NCBI GenBank assembly: GCA_963747865.1
Contig: CAVVHK010000109.1
Location: 1-64,000, forward strand
Reading direction: 5' to 3'
Origin: an uncultured delta proteobacterium
Lineage (GTDB): Bacteria; Desulfobacterota; Desulfomonilia; Desulfomonilales; Desulfomonilaceae
DNA length: 64,000 nucleotides
Of the stretch, positions 21,211 through 31,067 are shown in pieces (the stretch's first letter is position 1; every line of letters starts with the position of its first letter). The notes under the pieces were generated by a model. The model was not told where the DNA came from, ran no database searches, and saw only the letters and a program-made list of their open reading frames with translations. Position numbers and translations under genes: made by a program.

Positions 21211-21297
21211 GCCGAAGTGGCGGAACTGGTAGACGCGCCAGGTTCAGGGTCTGGTGGGCGTATGCCTGTAGGAGTTCGAGTCTCCTCTTCGGCACCA
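21211..21297 (+). tRNA. tRNA-Leu (anticodon CAG)
   Basis: Sequence gccgaagtggcggaactggtagacgcgccaggttcagggtctggtgggcgtatgcctgtaggagttcgagtctcctcttcggcacca. 7-bp acceptor stem, anticodon loop ttCAGgg, long variable arm, T-loop TTCGAGT, encoded CCA. Confidence 0.9.
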
Positions 21298-21615
21298 CAT
21301 CACCTCGCTTTTGGCCGATTTGAATTGGCCGCCGTCATTTTCCTTACCAAATTTCCAGCATTATTATAGATTGTGACTACGGTTCACGCTACTTGATTTG
21401 AAAGCTCTCAGGAAGGCTTGCTTGCGTACTCCGACAAAGATCCGACAGGCGGCAATTGTGGATTGAGGTCGGGGAGGCGTGGGCTGTCGGGTGTTCGAAT
21501 CGACAACCTTGAGGGGCATGCCCCAAATCAGCGCCGATTACACGCCGGGCTTTAACAGCGGTTAGTCATGTCCATGGGGAGCGAAAGGAAGGCTGCAGCG
21601 CCTATTTCCAAACGA

Positions 21616-22326
21616 TCAGTGCAAAACGCTGTTACCTTCTTCTTCCGAGGAATCACTCAATTTATCGGAAAGGGCCCCAAGTTCCGCGCGTGCGTCATTG
21701 ATCAGTCGCTCAGTCTCCTCCATGATTCTCCTGAGCTCCAGATCCGTCATGTTGTTCACTTCTTCCACGCGCAGTCTTCCCATGATCTCCGAGAGGTTGT
21801 CCAGCTTTCGCGTAAACGCTTCGGCAGCTATCTGTTCCTCCAATTGGGGTCGGAAATCGGGTTTCCGTTTGTACAGGAGCCATGCGCACGCAGGAATGCT
21901 TACGGTGATTAAGGCCAGCAAGCTGATTAAAACATAAGGATTCAATGAATGCCCCCAGATCAAGCCGGATCTATTTTGGAAAAAGCCGTTGGCGCTTGTG
22001 TTAAGGCCATCCAGCTCTTTACCCACTTCATTTACGCTTCGGCCGACCTCGTTGACGCGTTCCCCCATGGACAGCACATGATTCTTAAGTCCCATAATAT
22101 CCATTTTAATTTCGGACGTATTTCTCGAAACAGAAGAAACATCGGACTGCAGGCCCGGGACGGCGTCATTCACCAAGCTTGACGTCTGTTGTAGAATAGC
22201 GCTATCTCTCGAAAGTATGGCGTCGCCGTAATGGATGAAAAAAGCGATTCCGGCGGTCTGGAGAATCACCAAAAGCGCCATTAAGCCATATAGTCTTCGG
22301 AAGGCTCTTGCGTGCCGACTGTCCAT
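21616..22326 (-). CDS. Hypothetical membrane protein with coiled-coil segments
   Basis: Two TM helices ('LYGLMALLVILQTAGIAFFIHY', 'LNPYVLISLLALITVSIPACAWLLY') flank a coiled-coil region. Confidence 0.4.
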   Translation of the reverse strand: MDSRHARAFRRLYGLMALLVILQTAGIAFFIHYGDAILSRDSAILQQTSSLVNDAVPGLQSDVSSVSRNTSEIKMDIMGLKNHVLSMGERVNEVGRSVNEVGKELDGLNTSANGFFQNRSGLIWGHSLNPYVLISLLALITVSIPACAWLLYKRKPDFRPQLEEQIAAEAFTRKLDNLSEIMGRLRVEEVNNMTDLELRRIMEETERLINDARAELGALSDKLSDSSEEEGNSVLH

Positions 22327-22588
22327 GGGATCTCCGTAACCCTATATTAAAATGGCCGAGTTCTTTTTTACGAATATTAACGTTAAACGTCCACTTTTTT
22401 TTGTAATTGATAATGTCTATGGCTCCGCGCACGTCCACGCTAATTAATAATCAACGTTAACGCTGAGCCGGCCTCCACATTCGAGGCGCCGCTTAACGGA
22501 GATACCGGCTTCAGGGGCGCCACGGAAATTTGGGCGCCACTGACCCTGCTTCGCTGGGTCAGTTTAGTGGTCTCATGTGGAGCAAAAG

Positions 22589-24568
22589 CTATTGTCCGTT
22601 CAGCGGTTTCTCTACAGGCCGTGCTCCGGCGGCAGAAATCCGGACTCTGCTAAAATCAGGCTCCAGCCCGGACATCTTATGAGCGTGAGCGACGCGTCTG
22701 CACTCGGGGCAGAGATCCGAGACAGCGCTCAGGACAAGGGGCTCCATTTCTTTTTCCACATGTTTTACGAACACTTTTGGTAGGAAATACGCCCCGCAAC
22801 CCTGACACGCCTGCATTTTGATCCTGTTGATGATCGTGCCGCACATCATCAGGAGTCTTTCATCCCCCTGGTCCTCGATTTTCAGCGCGCCGGTAGGGCA
22901 GATGTTGACGCATGAGCCGCATCCTATGCACTTGGGGAGCCCATGCACGTAATCCTTTAGGATTAAAGAGCTTTCTCCGGCATGGTGAAATCTTATGGCG
23001 GATACACCGAGCTGGTCCCGACAAACCTCCACGCACTTACCGCATCGCTCGCAAATATCGCAGCGCATGCACCTCTTGGCTTCCTGACGCGCGGCTATTT
23101 CGTCGAGACCCAATTCCACTTGATCGAAACTATGCATTCTTCGATCAAGATCTATCATGGGAATTTCCTGGCGTTGGATGAAAGCCTTTTCTCGGTAATT
23201 CAGCACAATGGGCGCAACCATGTCCCTGGGCCTTAATACGGGCTTGTCCGGGTGGGCCTCGTCTCTCAAATAGGCGTCCATTGCCCTTGCCGCTCTCTTG
23301 CCGGCTCCAATCGCTTGAACAACAGTCGCCGGACCGGTCACCGCGTCACCGCCTGCGAAGACATCGGGTATGTTGGTTTGCTGGTTGTAAGAACGAACGT
23401 TTATGGTTTCCTTTTTGCTCAGTTTTAACTCGGTGAAGGCCGGAAAATCCATCACATTGGGCTTTTGGCCGATCGCCGCTATTATGGCTCCCACAGGCAT
23501 CTTGTACTCTGAATCGGGAACCGGGATGGGCCTACGACGTCCGCTTTCATCGGGCTCGCCGAGAGACGCCATAACGCACTCGAGAAAATCCACTTTGCCG
23601 TAGTTTCCGATAACTCGGGACGGAATCGTTAGCTGGTGCACATGAATCCCCTCCTCGGCCATCTGGATGATTTCCTCAAAGTGGGCGGGCATTTCCGAAC
23701 GCGTCCTGCGGTATACTATGCTTACTGATTGGGAACCCAGGCGCACACACGTGCGCGCGGCGTCAACCGCCGCGTTTCCGCCTCCTACTATTGCTACCCG
23801 GTCGGCGGGTTTGATTTTGAGGCCGAAGGACACATTCTTAAGGAACTCCAAGGCGCTGATAACCTGCGGAAAATCGTCCTCGCCCTGAATACCCAATTTG
23901 TAACCTTGCCAGGCGCCTATACCCAGAAAGAAGGCTTTGTAACCTTGGGCCCTGAGGTCATCCAGAGTCAGATCCTTCCCGACCGGGGTATCTACTACTA
24001 TTTCCACTCCCATGGCCTTAATGTTCTCGATTTCCTTCCTAACGATTCGCCGTGGCAAACGGAACTCAGGGATACCAGCCATCATCAGGCCGCCTGGTTC
24101 GGACATTGATTCGAAGACCGTGACCGGATAACCCTCCCAGGCCAAGAAATACGCTGCGGTCAATCCCGCCGGCCCTGATCCGACAACCGCTATTTTTTCC
24201 TTATAGTTGTGCTTGGGCTCCGGGACCTTGTACCCCGGTCCTTTTTCCATAACTATTTTGGCAGCCAACCCCTTAAGGTCTTTTATGCATAACGCCTTAT
24301 CCAAATACCGCCGCTGACACCACGATTCGCAAGGGTTCGTGCACACCAGTCCGCACACCCACGGAAACGGGTTGTCTTTCCTTATAAGCTCGATCGCTTC
24401 GGAGTATCTGTCCTGACCTATCAGCGCTATATAAGAGGGGATATCTATCCCGGCCGGACAATTCAACTGGCAAGGAGCTGAAGCCTCTCTCTTCAAGCCG
24501 TCATCGGCATAAACTATATGGTCCTTATCCGCCGCCGGTCCAGGGGGAAACATTGGATTTCGCGTCAT
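22589..24568 (-). CDS. GltD-like NAD(P)H-dependent FAD oxidoreductase fused to a C-terminal polyferredoxin (multiple 4Fe-4S motifs)
   Basis: N-terminal Fe-S region 'CPAGIDIPSYIALI...CGLVCTNPCESWC'. Dinucleotide motifs 'IAVVGSGPAGLTAAYFL' and 'VAIVGGGNAAVDAA'. C-terminal ferredoxins 'CMRCDICERCGKCVEVC' and 'CIGCGSCVNICP'. Confidence 0.8.
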   Translation of the reverse strand: MTRNPMFPPGPAADKDHIVYADDGLKREASAPCQLNCPAGIDIPSYIALIGQDRYSEAIELIRKDNPFPWVCGLVCTNPCESWCQRRYLDKALCIKDLKGLAAKIVMEKGPGYKVPEPKHNYKEKIAVVGSGPAGLTAAYFLAWEGYPVTVFESMSEPGGLMMAGIPEFRLPRRIVRKEIENIKAMGVEIVVDTPVGKDLTLDDLRAQGYKAFFLGIGAWQGYKLGIQGEDDFPQVISALEFLKNVSFGLKIKPADRVAIVGGGNAAVDAARTCVRLGSQSVSIVYRRTRSEMPAHFEEIIQMAEEGIHVHQLTIPSRVIGNYGKVDFLECVMASLGEPDESGRRRPIPVPDSEYKMPVGAIIAAIGQKPNVMDFPAFTELKLSKKETINVRSYNQQTNIPDVFAGGDAVTGPATVVQAIGAGKRAARAMDAYLRDEAHPDKPVLRPRDMVAPIVLNYREKAFIQRQEIPMIDLDRRMHSFDQVELGLDEIAARQEAKRCMRCDICERCGKCVEVCRDQLGVSAIRFHHAGESSLILKDYVHGLPKCIGCGSCVNICPTGALKIEDQGDERLLMMCGTIINRIKMQACQGCGAYFLPKVFVKHVEKEMEPLVLSAVSDLCPECRRVAHAHKMSGLEPDFSRVRISAAGARPVEKPLNGQ

Positions 24569-24887
24569 CGTTCGCTCCGAAGTTATTATGATCTTTTAAT
24601 GTTTGGGATTTGTAGCAACCTGTATAGAGGCGGTCCCGCATCCTCACAAATATATAACATTTTATTATAGTTGAAAAGATATAAGCCTGCGGGTGTTGGG
24701 TTGAGCGTGGAAGATCTTTTAGCAGCGCTCGCGACGAGTTAAACCACGGAGCAATCTCCAATTTTTCGGTCAAAAGAGAAAGATTACGCCGTTTGGAGTT
24801 TTCGGAATGGTTTGGCCGGAAGGGCATTTAGAACGTTTTAACCCCGCCTGCGGGCGCGGGGTTTCTCGGTAAAACGGTCCGGATTTT

Positions 24888-25121
24888 TCAGTGGTAGCCT
24901 AACGCGCAAAAAGGGCTTGCCTTCATGGAACGTAGGCTGCAAATAAGGCTTCTTCTCCTTGGTTCGTGTGATGAGATCCATTGCTGCCGTTCTTCATCCG
25001 GCCATACTTCCACTCTCGGACGACCCAATTCTTCTTCCACTCGAATGTCCTGTGTTTCTGTTAAGACCTGCATTACTTCGGACTCAGTGAATACAGGATA
25101 GTCATCAGAGCTGGAAACCAT
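24888..25121 (-). CDS. Small hypothetical protein
   Basis: 77-aa ORF with a GC hairpin (aaccccgcctgcgggcgcggggtt, 24842-24868) just downstream. Confidence 0.2.
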   Translation of the reverse strand: MVSSSDDYPVFTESEVMQVLTETQDIRVEEELGRPRVEVWPDEERQQWISSHEPRRRSLICSLRSMKASPFCALGYH

Positions 25122-25656
25122 ATCAGGCCCCTCCCTTAAGGAGTTGTTTTCTTCAATTAATCACTTCTGACTAGGAGTCAAGCGACAGATGCAAACATTG
25201 CCCGGCCGAGAAAAAAACCGCGTGATAGTTTACAGGGAGTCCCTTTTTGCACAAAAAAATATCCCTCACAGCGCCTCTGACTAGAAATCGATGCGCAATT
25301 TACTTTCAAATGGAAATGGTTGCGAGGTTTAGGCGATATGAGCTGCTCGATTCGGTGTTATTGTGCGCCTTACGCACTCGAACTGAGGTCCGAGGCTTAT
25401 TTCTGACGACGTAACATAGTGATATCAGCGGATTTCAATGCGGTCTTCCCATAATGGCGTTCGAGCCGCGGCAATGACACTTGCCCCGAAGCGATCCTGT
25501 GTGGTACGCTCGGTAAAATCATGCATCTTGATCTGGAAACTCAAACGCATATGTCCGGTATAGCGGTAACGCAAGCTCGGCATACCGTTGTCGGGACAGA
25601 CATTAATCCTAATGGGTCAACTATATCCGCACGTTAATACAATGATTGGAGGCGCC

Positions 25657-26284
25657 ATGTCGGAGAATTATGAAAACCTTTCTCCCAACGATCAGGAAGA
25701 ACTTCAGAAGTTGGAACAGAATTTGGCCGCAATGCCCGACTCGGCAGGGGCTCACTACAACCTGGGCCTGGCTCTAGCGCACAGGGGCGAGTGGGACAAG
25801 GCGATAGACTTGTTCAGGTCTGCGCTTAAACTCAAGCCGGGACTGCTGGAGGCGCGGGTGAACCTTTCCGGTGTGCTTCTTCAAAAGGGTCAGTACCGAT
25901 CAGAGCATAGAGGAAGCGCTCAAAGCCCTACAGTATAGGCCGGACATAATAGAAGCGTGCATCAATATAGGAATCGCCTTCGTGCACAAGGGAGAACATG
26001 ATCAGGCCATTCACAGCTTCCAGCAAGCGCTTAAAATTGATGATAATTCGGTTGTCGCTCACGTTAATATTGCGAACGCCTACTTGGCCATGGGAGACGT
26101 CGACAAGTGCATAGCGCACAATATCAGGGCCACCGAATTGGCCCCGGACTTTGGAATGGCCTACAACAACCTGGCGGTAGGCTATTTTCATAACGGGGAT
26201 AAAGGCAAAGCCAAAGAAGCGGCCACTAAGGCCCAAGAAATAGGGTATCCAGTCCATCCGGACTTCCTGAACAGCCTTGACTAG
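25657..26284 (+). CDS. TPR-repeat protein. It has one frameshift near 25880-25930.
   Basis: GGAGG RBS. 'AGAHYNLGLALAHRGEWDKAIDLFRSALKLKP' and 'AHVNIANAYLAMGDVDKCIAHNIRATELAPDFGMAYNNLAVGYF' are canonical TPR units lying in two frames. Confidence 0.65.
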
Positions 26285-26323
26285 AAGCGGCCGCAACGCC
26301 TAAGAGTTTCAGGAGGAGTTTTC

Positions 26324-26357
26324 GGGGAGGTTTTTTCGCGCAAAGCGCCTCCCTGGA
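26324..26357. repeat. Degenerate family A palindrome (ggggaggttttttcgcgcaaagcgcctccctgg)
   Basis: Lies about 40 bp after the TPR stop. Same architecture as the other copies. Confidence 0.5.
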
Positions 26358-26603
26358 CTCGCAATAATGGTGACTTGAGAAAATTTGATGTGACGCAGCG
26401 GTTCCAGCCTGCGGTCAATTCGATTTTGAAATAGATAGGCTGGAAGGCCTGCCCCACGCAGGAAATTCAAAGTCTAACTCTTAAGTCGACAGTATTGCCC
26501 CAAACCTCTCCCCCAAAACTCGCATCATTGCAGCCGATTCCAGTGTGGGATTTTCGCAACTTCTTGTGCGATGGACGCGCGGACGCAAGGCTTGTGAGTA
26601 ACC

Positions 26604-26731
26604 ATTCAGTTATGAGCGGCGAATACCGAGATTGCTTTCCCGCGGAACGCGGGATTTCACTTCTCGCAATGACATTTGGACTTGTCTTTGCGAGCGGAGC
26701 GAAGCAATCTCCCGCGCGTAACTGAATGAAT
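26604..26731. repeat. Roughly 130-bp nested-palindrome element, family D copy 1
   Basis: About 93% identical to 34269..34399. Outer inverted repeat cattcagttatgagcg...cgcgcgtaactgaatg. Inner palindromes gagattgctt...aagcaatctc and ctcgcaa...ttgcgag. Confidence 0.8.
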
Positions 26732-26849
26732 AGGCTTGTAAAGCTGTCGTAAACATATATCACTCGGCTTCGGCATGTAATTTCTTTTCAACATTGTTTC
26801 TATTGTTTATTATTATAGTCTGAAATTATGACCGCATACAGGAGTGGGA

Positions 26850-28232
26850 ATGAATAACGAGAACGGCGCGTTTGTAAATATCAGTGGGGCGGCTGCGTTG
26901 CCTGTGTATCTGAAAGTCTTCTTCAAGGCCCTGTTCCTGATGTTTGACCGAGACAATGTCCGCATTAGAAAAGAGAGTAATATTAACGTAGTTGACACTC
27001 TGTTCAATTTCGTGAAACTGTCTTTCCTCCAGCGCACCATCTTAAGATACAGGCGAATGGTCAAAGCCCAAGACGCTGTGATCATGGACAGCACTTTTCC
27101 TCCGTATCCGTCTCCCGCGTTCGACAAGAGAATTGCCAATTACTTGAATCATCTGGACTTGACTGAATTGCCTTCGGGAATCGTATCCATTTCGACCACC
27201 AACTGCTGTCCCTATTCATGCGCTTTTTGTTCCACAAACGCGAAACGGAATCTGGATAGCGATCTGGATGAAGAGCTGCTCAAAACCACTATCACGGAAG
27301 TCGAGAACTTCGGGGTTCCTATGATAATCCTCCACGGTGGCGAGCCCTTCTACCGGTACGACCGCTTCTTGCGCCTGGTCAAACATGTGCGCAAGGAAAC
27401 TTGCTTGTGGATGTTTACCACAGGCTATGAGGTGACTCCGGAGAGGGCTCGGGAACTTAAGGACAACGGTTTGTTCGGCGTCTGGGTGAGCCTGGACCAC
27501 TATAAACCGGAAGTCCATAATCGACTTAGGGGACACGCCGAAGCCTTTGAAAACGCATGCAAGGCAGTGGAGAACTTCAAGAAAGCGGGAATTTACACTT
27601 GCCTTTCCCTGGTTCCCCCGGACGATTTCTTGATAAAGGAGAATTTCCTCAAATATTACGATCTGGCTAAAGAGCTGGGGGTCGCTGAGATCAGAGTGAT
27701 GGAGCGGAAGCCGTCCGGCCGCGAAGCGTGCCGTGGAGTAATTGCGCACAGCCCGATTTTAGAGCAGCTTCAGAAGGACTTGTATCACGACGAGAATTAC
27801 AAAGCCTATCCGCCTCTTAGCGGATTGTCCACCTGGTTGGAAAAGGACCCGGCTTTGGGGTGCCAGTGTAGGTTCGAGTATTTGTTTATAACCTCCACCG
27901 GCGAGGTTCAGCCTTGCGAAGCCTCCGAAATATCGTTTGGAAATATCACTCAAGAATCCTTTAAGACAATCTACAAGAGGGCCTGCCAAGCCTTTCCTCA
28001 TCCCGCCACCGGCTGCATACCCATGGTCATGTACTCTGAAGTAAGAGATTATCAAAAGATCAAGGACACCTTGGCTTCCAGCGAAAAGTCGGAGGTTTCC
28101 ACCAGGATCATGGCCGAGTTCCAGGCGAGAGGCTCAATACCCGGGGCTTATAAGCAAATATGGTCCATTTACGAGAAAAGGCTGAAGGCTTACAAGCAGC
28201 GAAAGGCTACGGCCGGGAGAGCCTTCTCATGA
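26850..28232 (+). CDS. Radical SAM protein (CX3CX2C) with a Cys-rich C-terminal auxiliary region. Substrate unknown.
   Basis: 'aggag' RBS 6 nt before the ATG at 26850. Canonical rSAM cluster 'CCPYSCAFCS'. 'ILHGGEPF' glycine-rich SAM motif. C-terminal Cys residues 'CQCRFEY...CEASEISFGNI...C'. Confidence 0.8.
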   Translation: MNNENGAFVNISGAAALPVYLKVFFKALFLMFDRDNVRIRKESNINVVDTLFNFVKLSFLQRTILRYRRMVKAQDAVIMDSTFPPYPSPAFDKRIANYLNHLDLTELPSGIVSISTTNCCPYSCAFCSTNAKRNLDSDLDEELLKTTITEVENFGVPMIILHGGEPFYRYDRFLRLVKHVRKETCLWMFTTGYEVTPERARELKDNGLFGVWVSLDHYKPEVHNRLRGHAEAFENACKAVENFKKAGIYTCLSLVPPDDFLIKENFLKYYDLAKELGVAEIRVMERKPSGREACRGVIAHSPILEQLQKDLYHDENYKAYPPLSGLSTWLEKDPALGCQCRFEYLFITSTGEVQPCEASEISFGNITQESFKTIYKRACQAFPHPATGCIPMVMYSEVRDYQKIKDTLASSEKSEVSTRIMAEFQARGSIPGAYKQIWSIYEKRLKAYKQRKATAGRAFS

Positions 28233-28238
28233 AAAATA

Positions 28239-28390
28239 CCCTGGAGGGAAACTTCTTGAAAGAAGTTTCCCTCCAGGCCTCCCTTCAAGAACTTTCAATA
28301 TGGCTACGCATCAGCTTCTTATCCTCATCCCCCTGAAGGGGGGCAGTCTTCTCGGGTAGCCATGGGCGCAGCCCACGGTAGTCGACGAGC
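28239..28390. repeat. Composite MITE-like element, family B: family A palindrome + 'cccttcaagaactttcaatat' + G/C hairpins (ccccctgaaggggg; gccatgggcgcagcccacggtag)
   Basis: The same module order recurs at 46135..46275, and in reverse orientation at 47575..47859. Confidence 0.7.
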
Positions 28391-28687
28391 ACCCTATGAA
28401 TGCGTTTTCATGATTCGTTGTGACCTAGAAAAGCCGTGAGACTGCCAAAGCTCAGGCGCATAACGGTTGCACGCCGGCCGGATAGGACCCTGGGCCGCTT
28501 TGAAGTCGGGATCCACTGACCCGGGGACCAGGCCAGTGGAGATCTCCCCTTTACAAGTCTTTATTCGGTATTGGAGCGGGATTCAACCTCTCCCGCGTCA
28601 GTGCGGTATTCGCCCTTTCTTGTCGCGCCCCGGGGATGTGAAAACACGAATCGTGGGAGGATCAACCCGAATGAAGTCCGATCCTGG

Positions 28688-29395
28688 TTAATATTTTGTC
28701 GAGATTTTTTGCAGACTCTCAGTCATGTTAAGTATATATTCGTCCACACCCTTGGCCGAATCAAGAATGCCCATATACAAGGCTGAAGCTTTAGGCACGC
28801 AGAAACCGTCAATTAGTCTTTCTTCGTGGGCCAGGGCGAAATCCACCGTCATCTGGGCCAGCTCTTTTTCTTGAGCGATCAAAATATCAATTAGGGATGG
28901 ATTGAGGGTGGCCAAGAGATCTTTGAAGTTCTTCAGCACTTCGCACAGCAAGTCAAAAAGCCTCTTCAACTCATCGTTTGCCTTGTCACTAAAGGGAATA
29001 CCGTCCGCTGCCTTACGCTTAGCAATATCTAGAATCTCTGCAAGGGCCTCACCCGCTCGCTCCAACTTTGCCGGAAACAGCAGCACTGTCTTGAGAACTT
29101 CACCAGTGGTCATGGGTGAGCAAACCAGGGCGTTGGTAAGGGCCTTCTCTTCTTCTCGGATTTCCTCCATCAACGTCGCACAGTTCCCCATTTTTTCGGG
29201 GTCCCCCATTAACAGACACTTGTACAGGAGGTCGGCCATAGTATGAAGCTTTTTCAGCATCACCAGCAAACCTTCCTCGAGGCAAGTCATCTCCTGCGGA
29301 CGAGACTCGTAAATTTCGTCCAGCCTGGACGCCTCAGCATTCAGCTTGGGGCTGATCAGGCGAAATGGATTAAAAAATAGCTGCTTTTCTTTCAT
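28688..29395 (-). CDS. Hypothetical protein, PhoU/DUF47-like all-helical
   Basis: 235-aa ORF with an acidic helical composition. Family assignment is tentative. Confidence 0.35.
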   Translation of the reverse strand: MKEKQLFFNPFRLISPKLNAEASRLDEIYESRPQEMTCLEEGLLVMLKKLHTMADLLYKCLLMGDPEKMGNCATLMEEIREEEKALTNALVCSPMTTGEVLKTVLLFPAKLERAGEALAEILDIAKRKAADGIPFSDKANDELKRLFDLLCEVLKNFKDLLATLNPSLIDILIAQEKELAQMTVDFALAHEERLIDGFCVPKASALYMGILDSAKGVDEYILNMTESLQKISTKY

Positions 29396-29598
29396 AGGCG
29401 CCGACCTCCTTAAACACGCTTATTAGATTCGGGCATTTCGAGAGATGGCAAAACACAAAATGCATAAAGCAAAATATTCATTGCGCCGAAAAATATCAAG
29501 TTTATTTCGTCTGTAACCTAGCCATTGCAAATTGTTGTGAATGGACTAAGCTGAATCTTCAGGCGCATTAGGAAACAAATGAATTCTGCCGGGGAGGG

Positions 29599-30411
29599 AT
29601 GCCGATGATTGGACAAGATAGAGTCACGGGAGAGCTCCTGTCCAGGGTTCGCTCTTTGAACCCCGTAGTCCACAGCATTACCAATTTCGTGGTTATGAAT
29701 TCCACCGCAAATGTGCTTTTGGCAATGGGAGCAGCCCCCATAATGGCTCATGCCATAGAGGAACTGGAAGAGATAGTGAGCCTTGCCAACTCGGTGGTGA
29801 TCAACATCGGGACTCTGTCGCAAGCCTGGGTGGAATCCATGGTCGCCGCGGCTCAGTTGGCCAAGGCGAAGCGAAAACCTTTGATCCTTGATCCGGTGGG
29901 CGCGGGGGCCACGAAATTCCGCACTCAAACGGCCAAACAGATAATCGATCACCACACGCCCGCGGTCGTCCGGGGAAACGCGTCGGAGATTCTCTCCCTT
30001 TATGTGACAGGCGGCAAGACCAGAGGCGTGGATTCGGCCAACTCGCTTGAAGAGGCGGTGGATGCGGCGAGGTCCCTGGCCGAAGCAAGCCGGACGGTGG
30101 TGGCCGTGACCGGAGAGAGAGATTTTGTGACGGATGGGAGAAAGTCGTACATGGTTTCCAATGGGCATCCCTTGCTGGGTAGAGTTACCGGGACAGGTTG
30201 CGCCGCCACAGTAACCATCGGCGCTTTTCTATCGGCCGAAAAAGACCCTGTTCTTGCCTCTGCGGCGGCTCTAGCCTTCTTCGGATTGGCCGGTGAGAGG
30301 GCAGCCGAGCGGGCGAATGGCCCGGGAACTTTTTGGGCCCATTTGCTGGACGCCCTCTACAATATCTCTCCGGAAGATTTGGCGAATCGAGCGAGGATAG
30401 AACGGATATGA
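29599..30411 (+). CDS. thiM: Hydroxyethylthiazole kinase
   Basis: 'NPVVHSITNFVVMNSTANVLLAMGAAPIMA...VVINIGTL...LDPVGAGAT...VVRGNASEI' matches ThiM throughout. Confidence 0.9.
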   Translation: MPMIGQDRVTGELLSRVRSLNPVVHSITNFVVMNSTANVLLAMGAAPIMAHAIEELEEIVSLANSVVINIGTLSQAWVESMVAAAQLAKAKRKPLILDPVGAGATKFRTQTAKQIIDHHTPAVVRGNASEILSLYVTGGKTRGVDSANSLEEAVDAARSLAEASRTVVAVTGERDFVTDGRKSYMVSNGHPLLGRVTGTGCAATVTIGAFLSAEKDPVLASAAALAFFGLAGERAAERANGPGTFWAHLLDALYNISPEDLANRARIERI

Positions 30412-31067
30412 ATTTGAAGTCTTGGAACGTCTGCTTGGTTACTGATAGAGTTCATTCCCGCGGCCGCTCCACATTTGAAGTTGTGAAGGCTGGGGTAGCG
30501 GGAGGGGTGTCCGCTGTCCAGCTCCGGGAAAAGAACCTTGAAGCAGGCGCCTTTTATGAGGAGGGGCTAAAAATCAGGGATTTTCTTCGAGAACACAAGG
30601 TTCCTTTAATAATTAACGACCGCGTTGACATCGCGTTGGCCTTGGACGCTGATGGGGTACATCTGGGCCAGTCCGATCTGCCGGTCGAAGTTGCCAGGAA
30701 AATTCTCGGAAGAGATCGAATCCTCGGACTCTCGGTGACGGGGCCAGGGCAAATTAATGAAAAGGCCCTGAAGTATGTGGATTATTTAGGAATAAGTCCT
30801 GTTTTTCTCACGTCCACAAAACCGGATGCGACCGAAGAATGGGGACTCGCCGGGTTGCGCAATGCCCGACAACTGACTCCGCTGCCTTTAATCGCCATAG
30901 GATCGATAAAGGCGAACAACGCGGCAGGCGTAATTCGAGCGGGCGCGGACTGCGTAGCCGTGGTCACGGAAATTGTCTCCGCTGATGACTGCGCAGAGGC
31001 GACCAGAAAGCTTTGTAGTGAGGTGCTTGACGCAAAGAAAGAACGCGATTGGAAGCCAACCGCTTAG
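30408..31067 (+). CDS. thiE: Thiamine-phosphate synthase
   Basis: 'CLVTDR...VQLREK...IINDRVDIALALDADGVHLGQSDLP' matches ThiE. ATGA overlap with thiM. Confidence 0.9.
   Translation: MNLKSWNVCLVTDRVHSRGRSTFEVVKAGVAGGVSAVQLREKNLEAGAFYEEGLKIRDFLREHKVPLIINDRVDIALALDADGVHLGQSDLPVEVARKILGRDRILGLSVTGPGQINEKALKYVDYLGISPVFLTSTKPDATEEWGLAGLRNARQLTPLPLIAIGSIKANNAAGVIRAGADCVAVVTEIVSADDCAEATRKLCSEVLDAKKERDWKPTA

Noticed and set aside
21145-21369. 74-aa ORF 21145..21369 (+)
   Set aside because: It spans the tRNA-Leu gene.
21480-21530. tRNA-like T-loop fragment (gggtgttcgaatcgacaacc) downstream of tRNA-Leu, considered as an attachment-site remnant
   Set aside because: No complementary T-stem or acceptor stem. 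It is not a duplicate of the tRNA-Leu 3' end.
26467-26763. ORFs 26467..26763 (-) and 26495..26725 (+) between the TPR and rSAM genes
   Set aside because: Both lie across the ~130-bp family D palindromic element and its flank. The near-identical second copy at 34.3 kb is non-coding, so they are most likely repeat-induced artefacts.
28390-28690. 300-bp non-coding stretch considered as an RNase P / 6S / tmRNA gene
   Set aside because: None of the universally conserved RNase P (GGAAAGUCCGGGCUCC, AGGGUGAAA), tmRNA (tag reading frame, 3' tRNA-like end) or other landmark motifs are present.
29400-29598. TPP riboswitch expected upstream of thiM-thiE
   Set aside because: The conserved TPP aptamer cores (CUGAGA and the ACCUGAUCUGGAUAAUGCCAGCG stretch) could not be found on either strand. 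This cannot be excluded without a covariance-model scan.
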